From the NCBI GenBank assembly GCA_002104905.1, contig MCFE01000528.1:1-61729 (forward strand): DNA of 61,729 bases, given 5' to 3'. This stretch comes from Basidiobolus meristosporus CBS 931.73 (lineage: Eukaryota > Fungi > Basidiobolomycota). Positions within the stretch are counted from its first letter, which is position 1. Each line of letters starts with the position of its first letter. The position numbers and the translations under genes were made by a program. This document shows positions 34,741 to 47,700 of this stretch, in pieces. The notes under the pieces were generated by a model that saw nothing but the letters and a program-made list of their open reading frames with translations, searched no databases and was not told where the DNA came from.

Positions 34741-37700
34741 CAAGCTGTCACTCTCTGCAATGTCTACTACTGCTACTACTGGAATTTTCTCCTCTGCTCA
34801 AAAATTGGATGGATCTAACTACCAAGTGTGGAAGGTGAAGATGACAATGCTGCTACAAGAAAGAGGCCTTTGGGATATTGTCATGGGAGAAGAATTCCCT
34901 CCTAAAAACATGGGAGAAGAAGCTTTAAAGCACCAGAAGAAAGAACAAAGTGCCTTTAACTGCATTTGCCTTAATGTGAAAGACAAGTTGCTAATTCAAT
35001 GCTCACAAGCAAAAACAGCAAAGAATGCCTGGAAGGCATTAGAAGACACCTACCAGTCATGTTCAGCTGCTAAGAAAATGTATCTAAGACAAAAATTCTT
35101 TGCTACAAAGGCGCTGTCACAAGAAGAAATGAAAAATCTAATTTACAGAATTACCCTACTGGTAGATGAGATGGAATCAGTGGGTGCACCAACTACTGAT
35201 GAGGATGTGATATTTACTAGCCCTAGAGTCCAGAGCTGAAGATTTGGCCTTAAATTACGTATATGGAAGGCTCCCAGATGAAGAATTTAGAAAATCAAGC
35301 GTCAATAGGAAGGAAGAAAAAAATGCTTTAATAAGCAATGATAACCAACCAAGGAGGTACCCAACACCCTACAAAGGCACCAGCAACCTGTTATACAACT
35401 ACTGCTCTCTGTAAGCAAGGCCACAGCAGAAGGATTCAGTTTCAGCTTTGAAAATTCCGGATGCAAGATCACTGATCAAATAGTGCCCATATTGCTTTGG
35501 GTATCAGACATCAAAATCTATACATGTTGACTTATATTCCATCATATTTGGAGGCCAACATAAGTAACTTAGATGAAGAAACACCAATGCTTTGGCACAG
35601 GAGATTTGGACATCAATTTTGATTATTTGCACAAAATGATCAAAGATCAGCTAATTTCTGGAGTAAAAATTGATCCCCCAGCTAATTTGGAGCACTGTGA
35701 AGCCTGCATATATGGCAAACAAGCCAGACAGCCGTTCAAGAGCTCTGGGTTGATCAAAACTCAGGGAAAATTAGATCTAATTCACTCAGATCTGTGTGGA
35801 CCTATGCAAAATTTATCCTTAGGTGGGATGAAGTATTTAATCACTTTCATTGATGATTATACAAGATAAACATGGGTCTACTTCATGGAGAGAAAGGAAG
35901 AAGCTCTGTCTAAGTCCAGGGAGTTTAAAGCCATGGTGCAGAGAGAAACTGGTGAAAAAATCAAGAAAATACGCTGCAACAATAGTAGAGAATATCCCTC
36001 AAAACTCTTCATCTACTTCAGCAGAAATTCATGGGATAAAGCAAGAGACTGCTGTACTATACTCCCCACAGCAAAATGAAGTAGCAGAATGTGCTAACAG
36101 ATCAATAATTGATATGGCAAGATCTATGATCCATGATCAAAAATTATCCTATGACTTTTGAGCAGAATCAATTGCCACTGCTGTATATCTTAAAAATTGG
36201 AGTTATAGCAGGATACTTTGTGGTCCTACTCCATTTGAAGCATGGTATGGGTACAGACCAAGTGCAGAACATCTAAGAATATTTAGGTATACAGCATATG
36301 CCAAGAAACTGACCGGAAATCAGGCAAAATTTGAGCCAAAAATTGTAAAATGCATATTTTTGGGTTACTGCAATGTGAGTAAAGCATACAGACTCTGCAA
36401 TATCAAAGCAAAGAAGCTAATCAAGTCCAGTGATGTGTTGTTTGATGCAAATTCAAAATTTTCACAAATAATGACATCAGATGATGACAAAAAACTGATC
36501 TTAAGTCCATCAATTGTCAGCACTGAATCAGAGCAAAACAATGAAATTTTTTCACTCCATAGGGCTCTGCAACCGTTGTTCAGCCAGAGTTTGAGCCCAG
36601 GAATATCACAGAAGTGATCATTCCAGTATCAAATGCCTGGAGATCCAATTGGACAAGAAATAGCTCAAATTACTTTATCAATGAGGGTACAAACTTAGCT
36701 TATGCCTATTCAGTCCATATTGATGAGCCCCAGACTGTAAAAGAGGCCCTAAGTAGCCCTCAGACAAAGTTTTGGAGATCTGCAATGACTGAGGAATATC
36801 AGGCCCTGATGGAAAATCAAACTTGGGACTTGGTCAAATTACCAATCAACCAAAAATCAATTGGATGCAGATAGGTCTTCAAGACAACAAACAAGACTAA
36901 TTGTACAATTGAAAGATACAAAGCAAGACTTGTGGCCAAAGGATACTTTCAAACAAAAGGACTTGACTATACTGAGACCTTTGCACTGGTAGCCAAGTTT
37001 AATTCCATCAGACTAATATTGGCTATTGCAGCCAAATATGAGTTTTTATTCATCAAATGGATGTAAAAGCTGCATCTTTAAATGGAGAGCTTGATGAAAA
37101 TGTGTATATGGACCAGTCAGATGGATTTGTTGACCAAAGATAACCCCCATTTGGTCTGTGAGCTTAAAAAGTCACTATATGGTCTCAGACAATCACCACA
37201 AGCCTGGAATTGCAAGATAGATTCTTATTTGGAATCTTTGAGTTTCAAAAGGAGCAATGCTGCCTATAGTATAAGCTGTAAGCCAGATAGAGCAAATTCA
37301 GTTCTATTAGCGCTATATGTGGATGATCTTATTATAGCCGCCAATAACCTAGAAACATTGGAAGAGACTAAATTCAGCCTATCTAAGGAGTTCAAGATGT
37401 CGGATCTAGGAGAACTTAGTTACTACTTTGGGAATAAGTTCTCCATAGACAGAAGTACCCAGACAATTCCCCTAAGCCAATCCAAGTATATTCAAGATAT
37501 ACTAAAGAAGTCCAAATGGAAGACTGTAAACCGGCAGCTACCCCAATGGAGACAAACCTTAAAATGGTCAAAACTCAACCAAATCAAAAGAGCTTGGTGC
37601 CATCTGAAAGCCCTAACTTTCCTTATCAATCTATAGTTGGCAGTCTGATGTATATTATGCTTGGACCACGTCCAGATATCTAATATTCAGTGGGAGTTGT

Positions 37701-38306
37701 CAGCCAACATAATCAGAATTATGAATCAGATCATATTGCAGCAGTTAAGCGGATTTTTAGATACCTAAAAGAAACAGCTGATATCTGATTAAGATACACT
37801 TATAAGGATGCAGAGCAGGATCTTGTGGGATACTCTGATGCTGATTGGGGACAAAATTTGAAAGACAGAAGATCTACCACAGAATACACCTTTCTTTACT
37901 GTGAAGGAGCAATTTCATGGAATTCAAGAAAGCAACCAACCATAGCACTTTCTACCACAGAGGCAGAGTACATGGCAGCCTGTGGAGCTACAAAAGAAGC
38001 AATGTGGTTAAGAAAGCTTTTTACAGAGTTAGGCCTATGTCAAAAAATGCCTATTCCTTTATTTCAAGATAATCAAGGATGTATACAACTAGGTAGAAAT
38101 CCAACTTTTCATGCTAGAACTAAGCACATAGACATTAGACATCATTTCATACGTGAAGCTATAGAGAATAACTTAGTTTGCTTAGTTTACTGTCCTACAG
38201 ATGAAATGATTGCGGACATATTTACCAAACCATTAGCTAGAGACAAGTTTGAATATCTTAGGTCAAAATTAGGACTAGTCAGTATGAGCATTTAGCTGAG
38301 TGGGAG

Positions 38307-38653
38307 TGTTGTAAAGCTTGTAATTCCACCTAAATATTCACCTAACTTAGTCACTTAGATCATTACCCTCAAATCCTAGAGAATACCAACCAAATTCCTT
38401 GTTGGAATTTACTTACAATATTTTCACCAAAATACCAGGTACCCAGAACATGAAAGTTCTCAAAGGTGTCCAAGCAGCCCCAAACTTTGCACACATGTTT
38501 TTGGACCTTTTTTAACCTATTCTACATGTTTGTAATGCCAAGACTATGTAAATGTATAAATACTACTTTTTCATTCAATTAATCATTAAGTGAGAACCAC
38601 ATAGTCTGCTTGTTCTTCCAAGCACTTGCAATATCTCCAAGACTCTTACAACA
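38307..38653 (+). repeat. Copia A 3' LTR (347 nt)
   Basis: TGTTGTAA...TTACAACA, preceded by purine tract TGAGTGGGAG; internal TATAAATA. Confidence 0.92.
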
Positions 38654-41430
38654 AATTCTGCTACAACACACAGGCCTTTGGGATATTGTCATGGGAGAAG
38701 AATAACATCATAAAACATGGGAGAGGGAGTCTTAATGCACCGGAGGAAAGAACAAAGTGCTTTTAACTGCATTTGCCTTTGTTATATCCAAGAGAGAATT
38801 GTAGTAGAACTCTTGAATGATTTAACTGATCCCAATTGACAGCTAATACAGAATCTTAAAATTGTTAAGGGTGACAGAAATATTAGCAGAGAAGTTCAGG
38901 TCTAATCTTGGTCTTGTATGTAGTTGAGTTGGGCTATAAAGGCAACAGAGTTGGTTTACTATACAGGCTAGTCTTTGTGTTCTTGGGAATGCTAGATATG
39001 CTAGGCTTAATTGGAAACTAGAATAGAATTGCTGAATCTTAATTTTATTGAGACACACACTGAATCAAAAGGCTCAGTAATCTCTATTTATATTTTTCTG
39101 ATCAAGTTGAATTAGTAAGTGCCAAGAGACTGGACTGATTGAAATCTGTTGGGGTGTTGATAGGTGCATAAGATAAATGAAAAGTGCATCATTAATCAGC
39201 TGATGTCTTGGCAACCACTAAGTGGTAGGATGGATCTCAGATGACTAATCCTTTGGAAAGGCTTAGCAGATCAGTTGAGGATATAATGACCACTTGAAAC
39301 TTGATCAGGTGACAGCTAAAAACAGTTTCTGAGAAGTGATAAAATAAACTATAACAGGGATTAGTTATGCTTGGGTTAGGGAAAAGTAGCTAGGGTACTA
39401 GATTTTCTAACAGAGTCAAATTGGCTAAGTTTTAAATAGTGATGCACAACAGCCTCAAAGTCAACTACAAATTGCCAATTTGATCCTCAAGATCAAAAGC
39501 AGCAAAGAATGCCTGGATGGCATTAGAAGACACCTACCAGTCATGTTCAGCTGCTAAGAAAATGTACCCTAGACAAGAATTTGTTACTACAAAGAAGCGG
39601 CCAGGAGAATAAATGAAAAATCTGACTGATAGAATTACTCCACTGGTGGAAGAGATTGAACCTGTTAATGTACCAACAACTGATGAGTATGTGATAGTTA
39701 GCATCCTGAATAGCCTGACAGACAAGCTACAGGGCCTTGTATAAGCCCTAGAATCCAGAACTGAATATTTGACCTTAAGTTACATAAACAGAAGGCTTCC
39801 AGAATAATAATTAAGAAAATCAAGTGCCAATAGGAAGGAAGAAGATTTTGCTTTAATAAGCAATGTTAGCCAGCAAAGGAAATGCCCTAAACCCTTCAAG
39901 GGTAACAGAAACCTGTTTTGCAACTACTACAAAAGCTAAGGACACATATCAGACCAGTGCTTCAAAAGGGAGAAAATTAGCAAAAGAAACTTGAGCATGG
40001 ATATACTGCAACAACCAAAGATAGACTATTCATAACTACACTGTATATGACCATAAACAAGGACTTTGAGATGCAGTATATTGACTCTGGAACATCTTAA
40101 CACTATACAAACCAAAACAAGCTTTTTACCTAATATTAAGAAATCCAATTTGGAAGGTTTTCATAGGTGAAAATAGAACACTTGATGCAGTTTGAGAAGG
40201 AACCATCTAGGTATGCTATAGAATCAGTGAAGGAAGTCAGACACCTACCCTGACAAAAGTACTTCATATACCAGAAATAGCCAAGAACCTACTATCTGTA
40301 AGCAAGGACACTGCCAAAGGACTCAGTTTCAGCTTTGACAATCTTGGACACTGGATCACTGATCAGAATGGTGCCTATATTGCTTTGGGTATCAGAGATT
40401 GGAATCTGAATAAGTTGACTTATAGTCCATCATATATGAAAGCTAATATAGGTTACTTAAGTTTAGAAACATCATGCTTTGGCACAGGAGGTTTGGACAC
40501 ATCAATTTTGCTAAATTTGAGCAAAATGATCATAGATCAGCTAGTTTCCAGAGTAAATACTGATCCCCCAGCTGATTGAAGCATTGTGAAGCCTGCACAT
40601 ATGAGAAGAAAGCCCAACAGCTGTTCAACAGCTCTAATTTAATCAAAACTAGGAAAAAATTAGAGCTGATTCACTCAGACCTGAGTGGACTTATAAAAAA
40701 TATATATCATTATGCTGGATGAACCATTAAATCACTTTTGTGGATATTTGTACAGGATACATATAGGCCTACTTCATGAAAAGAAAGGAAGAAGCTCAGT
40801 CTAAGTTAAGGGAGTTTAAAGCCATGGTGGAGAGAGAAACTGGTGAAAAAATCAAGAAAATATACTACAATGTTGGTGGAGAATATATCTCAAAGCTTTT
40901 CATCTAGTTCTTGAAAACTCTTGGGATAAAGCTAGAGACAACTGTACCATACCCCACACAGCAAAATGGAGTAGCAGAACATGCAAACAGATCAATAATT
41001 GATATGAGAGGAACCATGATCCATGATCAGAAATTATCCCATGTTTTTTAGTAGAATCAGTTGCAACAGCTGTGTGCCTTAAAAGTAGGAGCTATAACAG
41101 AACACTTTGTGATTGTACTCCATCTGAAGCCTGGTATTGATACAGACCAAGCACAGAACATCTAAGAATATTTGAGTTTACAGCATAAGCCAAGAAACTG
41201 CCCAGAAATTGGTCAAAATTTGAGCCAAAAAGTGTGAAATGCATATTTTAGGGCTACTGCAATGAGAGTAAGCCATACAGACTCTATAATACCAAAGCAA
41301 AGAAGCTAATCAAGTCCAAAGATGTGCTGTTTGATGAAAAATAAAAATACTCAACAAAAATGACATTGGATGATGCCAAAAATCAGATCCAAGTTCACCA
41401 ATTGTCAGGATTGAGTCAGAGCAAAACAAT
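38654..41430 (+). mobile_element. Copia remnant B of the same family: gag, protease, integrase; heavily mutated and interrupted by a solo LTR
   Basis: DNA similarity to the gag of A (gggatattgtcatgggagaag, aagaatgcctggatggcattagaagacacc), degenerate DSG protease motif near 40.08 kb, integrase-like DNA at 40.6-41.3 kb. Confidence 0.85.
38780..39451. mobile_element. Probable solo LTR of a different family inserted into the gag of copia B
   Basis: TGTT...AACA ends; flanks GCCTT/GCCTC form a 5-bp TSD with one mismatch; copia gag resumes seamlessly afterwards. Confidence 0.65.
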
Positions 41431-41445
41431 GCAATGCAGCCTATA

Positions 41446-41610
41446 TCCTAAGTTTGAATTTCCATAAGGGCCTGATATTCCTCAGTCATTGCAGATCTCC
41501 AAAACTTTGCCTGAGGGCTATTTGGTGCCTCTTTTACATTCTGGGGCTCATCAATATGGCCTGAATAGGCATAGGCTTAGTTTGTTCCCTCATTGATATA
41601 GTTGTTTGAG
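41446..41610 (-). mobile_element. Inverted copia fragment (start of the RT region)
   Basis: Reverse complement matches 42580-42740 and 36670-36830 (gagccccagaatgtaaaagaggc...ttttggagatctgcaatgactgaggaatatcaggccc). Confidence 0.85.
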
Positions 41611-44211
41611 TAAAAATTGATCCCCAAGCTAGTTTGGAGCACTGTGAGGCCTGCATGAATGGGAAACAAGCCAGACAACCATTTAAGAGCTAACTCACTC
41701 AGATCTGTGTGGACCTCTGCAGAATATATACTTAGGCTGGATAAAGTATTTAATCACTTCTACTGATGATTATACAAGAGACACATGGGTCTACTACATA
41801 GAGAGAAAGGAAGAAGCTCTATCTAAGTTCAGGTAGTTTAAAGCCATGGCGGAGATAGAAACTGGTGAAGAAATCAAGAAAATATGCTCTTACAATTGTA
41901 GAGAATATACCTCAAAATCCTTCATCAACTTCTGCAAAATTCATGGGATAAAGCAAGAGACTACTGTACCATACTCCCCACAGTAAAATGGAGTAGGAGA
42001 ATGTGCAAACAGATCAATAATGGATATGGCAAGATCTATGATCCATGCTCAAAGATTATCCCATGATTTTTGGGCAGAATCAGTTGCCACAGCTGCAAAC
42101 TCAAAATTGGAGTTATAACCAAATACTTTGCAATTTACTCCATTTGAAGCATGGTATGGATATAGACCAAGTGCAGAACAGCTCAGAATATTTGGGTATA
42201 CAGCATATGCCAAGAATTTGCATGAAAATAAGTCAAAATTTGAGCCAAAAAGTGTGAAATGCAAATTTTTGGGCTACTACAATGAGAGTGAAGCATACAT
42301 ACTCTACAATACCAAAGCAAAGATGCTGACTAAGTCCATGAATGGGATGTTTGATAAAAAAACCAAAATTTTCATACAAATGACAACAGGTGATGACAAA
42401 AATATGATCTCAAGTCTACCAATAGCCAGGATTGAAGCAGAGCAAAATAATAAAGACCTTTCACTCCAAAGGACCCTACAACCATGGTTCAGCCTAAATC
42501 ATTGCCCAAAAACATTCTAGATGTGATCATTCCAGTATCAAATGCCTGGATATATAACTGGACAAGAAATAACCCAAATTACTATATCAATGAGGGTTCA
42601 AACTTGGCCTATGCCTATGCAGACCATATCAATGAGCCCCAGAATGTGAAAGAGGCACTGAATAGCCCGCAGGCAAAGTTTTGGAGATCTGCAATTATTG
42701 AGGAATATCAGGCCCTTATGGAAAATCAAACTTGGGACTTAGTCAAATTACCAAACAACCCAAAATCAATTGGATGCAGATGGGTCTTCAAGACAACATA
42801 CAAGGCTAATTGTACAATCAAAAGTTGCAAAGCAATACTTATGGCCAAAGAATACTCTCAAACAAAAGGACTTGACTATATTGAGACCTTTGTGCTGGTA
42901 GGCAAGTTTAATTCCATCAGATTGGTACTGGCTGTTGCCACCAAATATACATTTTTTGTACATCAAGTGGATTTAACTGCTTCTTTGAATGGTGAACTTG
43001 ATGAGGACATGTATCAGCACCAGCTTGATGGGTTTGTTGTCCAAGATAACCCCCATTGGGTCTGCAGCTTAAAAAGTCTTTCTATGGACTCAAACAATCA
43101 CTATGAGCCTAGAATTGCAAAATAGGTTCTTTTTTGGAATCATTGAGTTTCAAGGAGAGTAATACTGACTATAGTTCATACTATAAGCCAGGTAGAGCAA
43201 ATCCAGTTCTATTAGCTCTATATGTGGATGATCCTATTTCAGCTGCCAATAACCTAGAAACATTAGAGGAGACTAAATCCAGCCTGTCTAAGGAGTTCAA
43301 GATGTCAGATCTAGGAGAACCTAGTTACTACTTAGGGATTAAGTTCTCCATAGACAGAAGTACCCATACTATCACCCTAAGCCAATCCAAGAGAATTCAG
43401 GATGAACTAAAGAAGTATCAAATGGAAGACTGTACACTGGCTGCTACCCCAATGAAGACAAACCTTAACTAGGTCAAAGCTCAACCAAATCGAGAGAGCT
43501 TGGTGCCATCTGAAAGCCCTGACTTTCCTTATAAGTCTAAAGTTGGCAGTCTAATGTATATTATGCATGGAACAGGTCCTAATATATCACATTCAGTGGT
43601 AGTTGTCAGCCAGCATAATCAGCACTATGGGTCTGATCATATTGCATCAGTTAAGCAGATTTTTAGATATCTGAAAGGAACCACTGATGTCTACGTAAGA
43701 TACACTTATAAGGATTCTGAACAGAATCTTGTGGGATACTCTGATGCTGATTGGGGACAAAATTTGGAGGATAGAAGATCCATTGCAGGATACACCTTTC
43801 TTTACTGCAAGGGATTAATTTCATGGAATTCAAGAAAGCAACAAACTGTAGCACTTTGTACCACAGAGGCAGAGTATATGGCAGCCTGTGAGGATACAAA
43901 AGAAGCAATGTGGTTACAGAAGCTTCTTACAGAGTTAGGCATATGTCAAAATATGCCTATTACTTTAAATCACAATAACCAAGGATGTATACATTAGGTA
44001 GATATCCAACTTTTCATGCTAGAAGTAAGCACATAGATATTAGATATCATTTCATATGTGAAGCTATAGAGTACAACATAGCTAATGTATCCTACGGTCC
44101 TACAGATGAAATGATTGCAGACATATTTACCAAACTATTGGCTAGAGACAAGCGCAAATATCTTAGGTCCAGATTAGGACCAGTCATTATGAGTGTTTAG
44201 ATGAGTGGGGG

Positions 44212-44774
44212 TGTTGTAGAAACTTGTAATACCACCTATATACTCATCAACCTTAGTCACTTGGATCATTACATTCAAATCCTTGGGAATACTGATCAAA
44301 TTCCTTGTTGGGATTTATTCAGAATATTTTTACCAAAATACCAGGCACCAAGAACATGAAAATTCTCAATGTTGTCCAAACAGCCCCAAACTTTGCACAC
44401 ATGCTCTTGAGACTATTCTGAGCCTATTCTATGTGCTTGCTATGCCAAGACTACTCAAAAGTATAAATACTATATTTGCATTCAATAAATAGACTTGTTA
44501 CATCACTCCAGCTGATCATAGTGCCCAATAGTACCATAGCATGCTAGATGGTGCCTGATTGTGCCACAGAGTGCCACATGGTGCCATACAGTGCCAATAT
44601 GGGATCAAAATTGACATGCATATGACCCTAAAATATCAAATTAATAACAAAATATAGAGCACTTTCTGGCACTATGATCAATGACACAATGGAACAAGTC
44701 TTATCATTAAGTGAAAGCCACAAAATCTGCTTGTTCTCCCAATCACTTCCAATATCTCCTAGACTTTTACAGCA
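44212..44774 (+). repeat. Copia LTR shared by elements C (as 3' LTR) and D (as 5' LTR); carries a 211-nt insertion
   Basis: Preceded by a PPT and followed by the PBS GGTTATGTGCCC and gag. Confidence 0.85.
44491..44701. mobile_element. MITE-like non-autonomous DNA transposon (211 nt)
   Basis: Imperfect ~34-nt TIRs (AGACTTGTT..TGATCATAGTGCC / GGCACTATGATCA..AACAAGTCT); absent from the other two LTR copies; possible 3-bp TSD (AAT/TAT). Confidence 0.78.
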
Positions 44775-47700
44775 GGTTATGTGCCCCCAGCTGTCTCTCT
44801 CTGCAATGTTTACTACTGCTATTACTGGAACCTTTCCCTCTGCTGATCAGTTGGGTTGATCTAAATACCAAGTATGGAATGCAAAGTTGAAGATGCTGCT
44901 ACACAAAAGAGGCTTTTGAGATATTGCCATAAGAGAAGAATGCCCTCCTAAGAATGTGAGTGAGGAAGCCTTAAGGTACCAGAACAAAGAACAAAGTGCC
45001 TTCAACTGCATTTGCCTTAATGTTGAGGACAAACTTCTAATTCAATGCTCAAGAGCAAAAATGGCAGAGAATACCTGGGAAGCATTAGATGACACCTACT
45101 AGTCATGCTCAGCTGCCAAGGAAATATATCTTAGGCAAAAACTCTTTACTACAAAGGTGCAGCCAGAAGAAGAAATGAAAAATCTAATTAGTAGATTTAT
45201 CCTGCTTATGGATGAGATGGAATCAGTAGGCACATCAACTACTGATGAGGATGTGATAGTGACCATCCTGAATAGTGTGACTGACAGGTTTCAGGGCCTT
45301 GTGTCAGCTGTAGAGTCTGGAACTGAAGATTTGACTTTGAATATGTAAATGTAATGCTCCAGGATGAAGAATTAAGGAAATCAAGCACCAAAAAGAGGGA
45401 AGAAGAAAATGCTTTATTAAGCAATGCTAACCAGCAAAGGAGATACCCAAGACCTTTTAAAGGCAATAGCAACTTGTTTTGCAACTACTGCAAAAGGAAA
45501 GAACATATATCAGACCAGTGCTTCAAGTAGAATGACAGTCAGCAGCAAAGGTCAGAATATGGAAATGCTTCTACAACTGAAGATAGACTATATAAATCTG
45601 CACCAAATATGACCATAAACAAGAATCCTCAGTTGTGCTATAATGACTCTGGAGCATCTTAACACTTTACACACCAAAAAGGACTTTTTACTTAATATCA
45701 AGAAATTTCAGTCAAGAGGTTATTATGGATGATAATAAATACGTGATGCTGTGGGAAAAGAAACTATCAAAGTAAACCTTAGAAGCAGTGAAAGAAGCCA
45801 TGCACAGACCTTTCAAGAAGTACTCTATGTACCAGAAATTGCCAAGAACCTACTATCTGTAAGCAAGGCCATCACACAAGGACTTAGTTTCAGCTTTGAC
45901 AAATCTGGATTCAGGATCACTAATCAAATAGTGCAGATATTGCTTTGGGTATCAAAGATCAGAGTCTATATAAGTTGACTTATATTCACCATATCTGGAA
46001 GTCAATATTAGTGACTTGAATGAAGAAGTATCAATGCTTTGGCACAGGAGATTTGGACACATCAATTTTCATTATTTGCACAAAATGATCAATCATCAGC
46101 TGATTCCCAGAGTAAAAGTTAATTTCTCAGCTAGTTTGGAGCACTGTAAAGTCTACATATAAGGGAAACAAGCCAGACAACTGTTCAAGAGCTCTGATTT
46201 ATCAGAACCAAGAAAAAATTAAATCCAATTCACCCAGATCTGTGCAGACCTATGCATGATTTATCCTTAGGTGGTATGAGTATTTAATCACTTTTGTTGA
46301 TAATTATACAAGATACATATGGGTCTACTTCATGGAGAGAAAGGAAGCAGCTCAGTTTAAGTTCAGAGAGCTTAAAACCATGGTGGATAGTGCAACAGGT
46401 GAAAAAATCAAGAAATTAAACTGTGAGAATGGTTGAGAAAATACCTCAAAACTCTTCATCCACTTCTTCAAAATTAATGGGATGAAGCAGGAGGCCACTG
46501 CACCATACTCCCAGCAGCAAAATAGAGTAACAGAATGTGAAAACAGACCAATAATAGATATGGCAAGATCTAAGATCCATGTTCAAATATTATCCTATGA
46601 TTGTTGGGCAGAATCAGTTGCCACTGCTGTATACCTTAAAAATAGGAGTTATGACTGTGTACTCTGTGGTTCTATTCTGCTTCAAGCATGACATCAATAC
46701 AGACCAAGTGCAGAGCATCTAAGAATATTTAGGTGTACAACCTATGCCAAGAATCTGCCTAAAAATCAGTCAAAATTTGAGCCAACAAGTGGTGAATGAA
46801 GATTATAGGGCTATTGCAATGAGAGTAAAGCATATAGACTCTACAGCACTAAAGCACAGAGGCTGATAGAGTCCAGGGATGTGTTGTTTGATGAAAGTGC
46901 AAGATTTTCACACAAAATGATGTCAGATTATGACAAAAACCTGATCTCAAGTCCACCAGTTGTCAGGATTGAAACAGAGCAACACAATTAAAATTTTTTC
47001 ACTCCAGCAGACTCTGCAACTGTAGTTCAGCCTGAAGCAGTGCCTAGGAATATCCTAAAAGTGGTCATTACTGTACCAAATGTGCAAAGAGCCAGCCAGG
47101 CAAGAAATAGCCTAAGCTACTGCATCAATGAGTGTACCAGCTTAGCCTATGCCTATTCAGTCCATATTAATGAGCCCAGACTGTAAAAGAGGCTGTAAAA
47201 GCCCTCAGACAGAGTTTTGGAGATGTTCAATGACCCAGGAATATCAGGCCCAAATGGAAAATCAAACCTGGGACTTGATCAAATTAGCAAAACCCCAAAT
47301 CAATTGGATGCAGGTGGGTCTTCAAGACAAAGTACAAGGCTGATGGTACAATTGAAAGATACAAAGCAAGACTTGTGGCTAAAGGATACTCATGGACAAA
47401 AGCACTTGAACATACTGAGACCTTTCCACTGGTAGCCAAATTTAATTCCATCAGACTAATTTAGGCTATTGCAGCCAAATATAAGTATTTTATTCATCAA
47501 ATGAATATGAATACCGCATTTTTGAAAGAAGAGCTTGACTAGGATGTGTATATGAGCCAGTCTGATGGGTTTTTTTGACCAAGATAGCCCCTATTTGGTC
47601 TGCAAGCTATAAAAGTCTTTATATGGACCAAGACAATCACCAGGAACCCGGAATTGGAAAATAGATTCTTATTTGGAATCTTTAAGCTTCAGATGGAGTA

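Larger units (their letters stand above)
34687..38653 (+). mobile_element. Ty1/copia LTR retrotransposon A, degenerate; 5' LTR truncated to 42 nt; zinc knuckle and protease deleted
   Basis: gag (KLDGSNYQVWKVKM..LQERGLW), GAG-pre-integrase, integrase (DLIHSDLCGPM..FIDDY), RT (LYVDDL), RNase H (GYSDADWG..RKQPTIALSTTEAEYMA..TKHIDIRHHF), PPT and 3' LTR; several stops and frameshifts. Confidence 0.93.
41608..44774 (+). mobile_element. Copia remnant C: integrase, RT, RNase H, PPT and LTR
   Basis: ORF fragments with EPQNVKEAL..IGCRWVFK, LYVDD, GYSDADWG, TTEAEYMA; PPT ATGAGTGGGGG; LTR from 44212. Confidence 0.9.
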
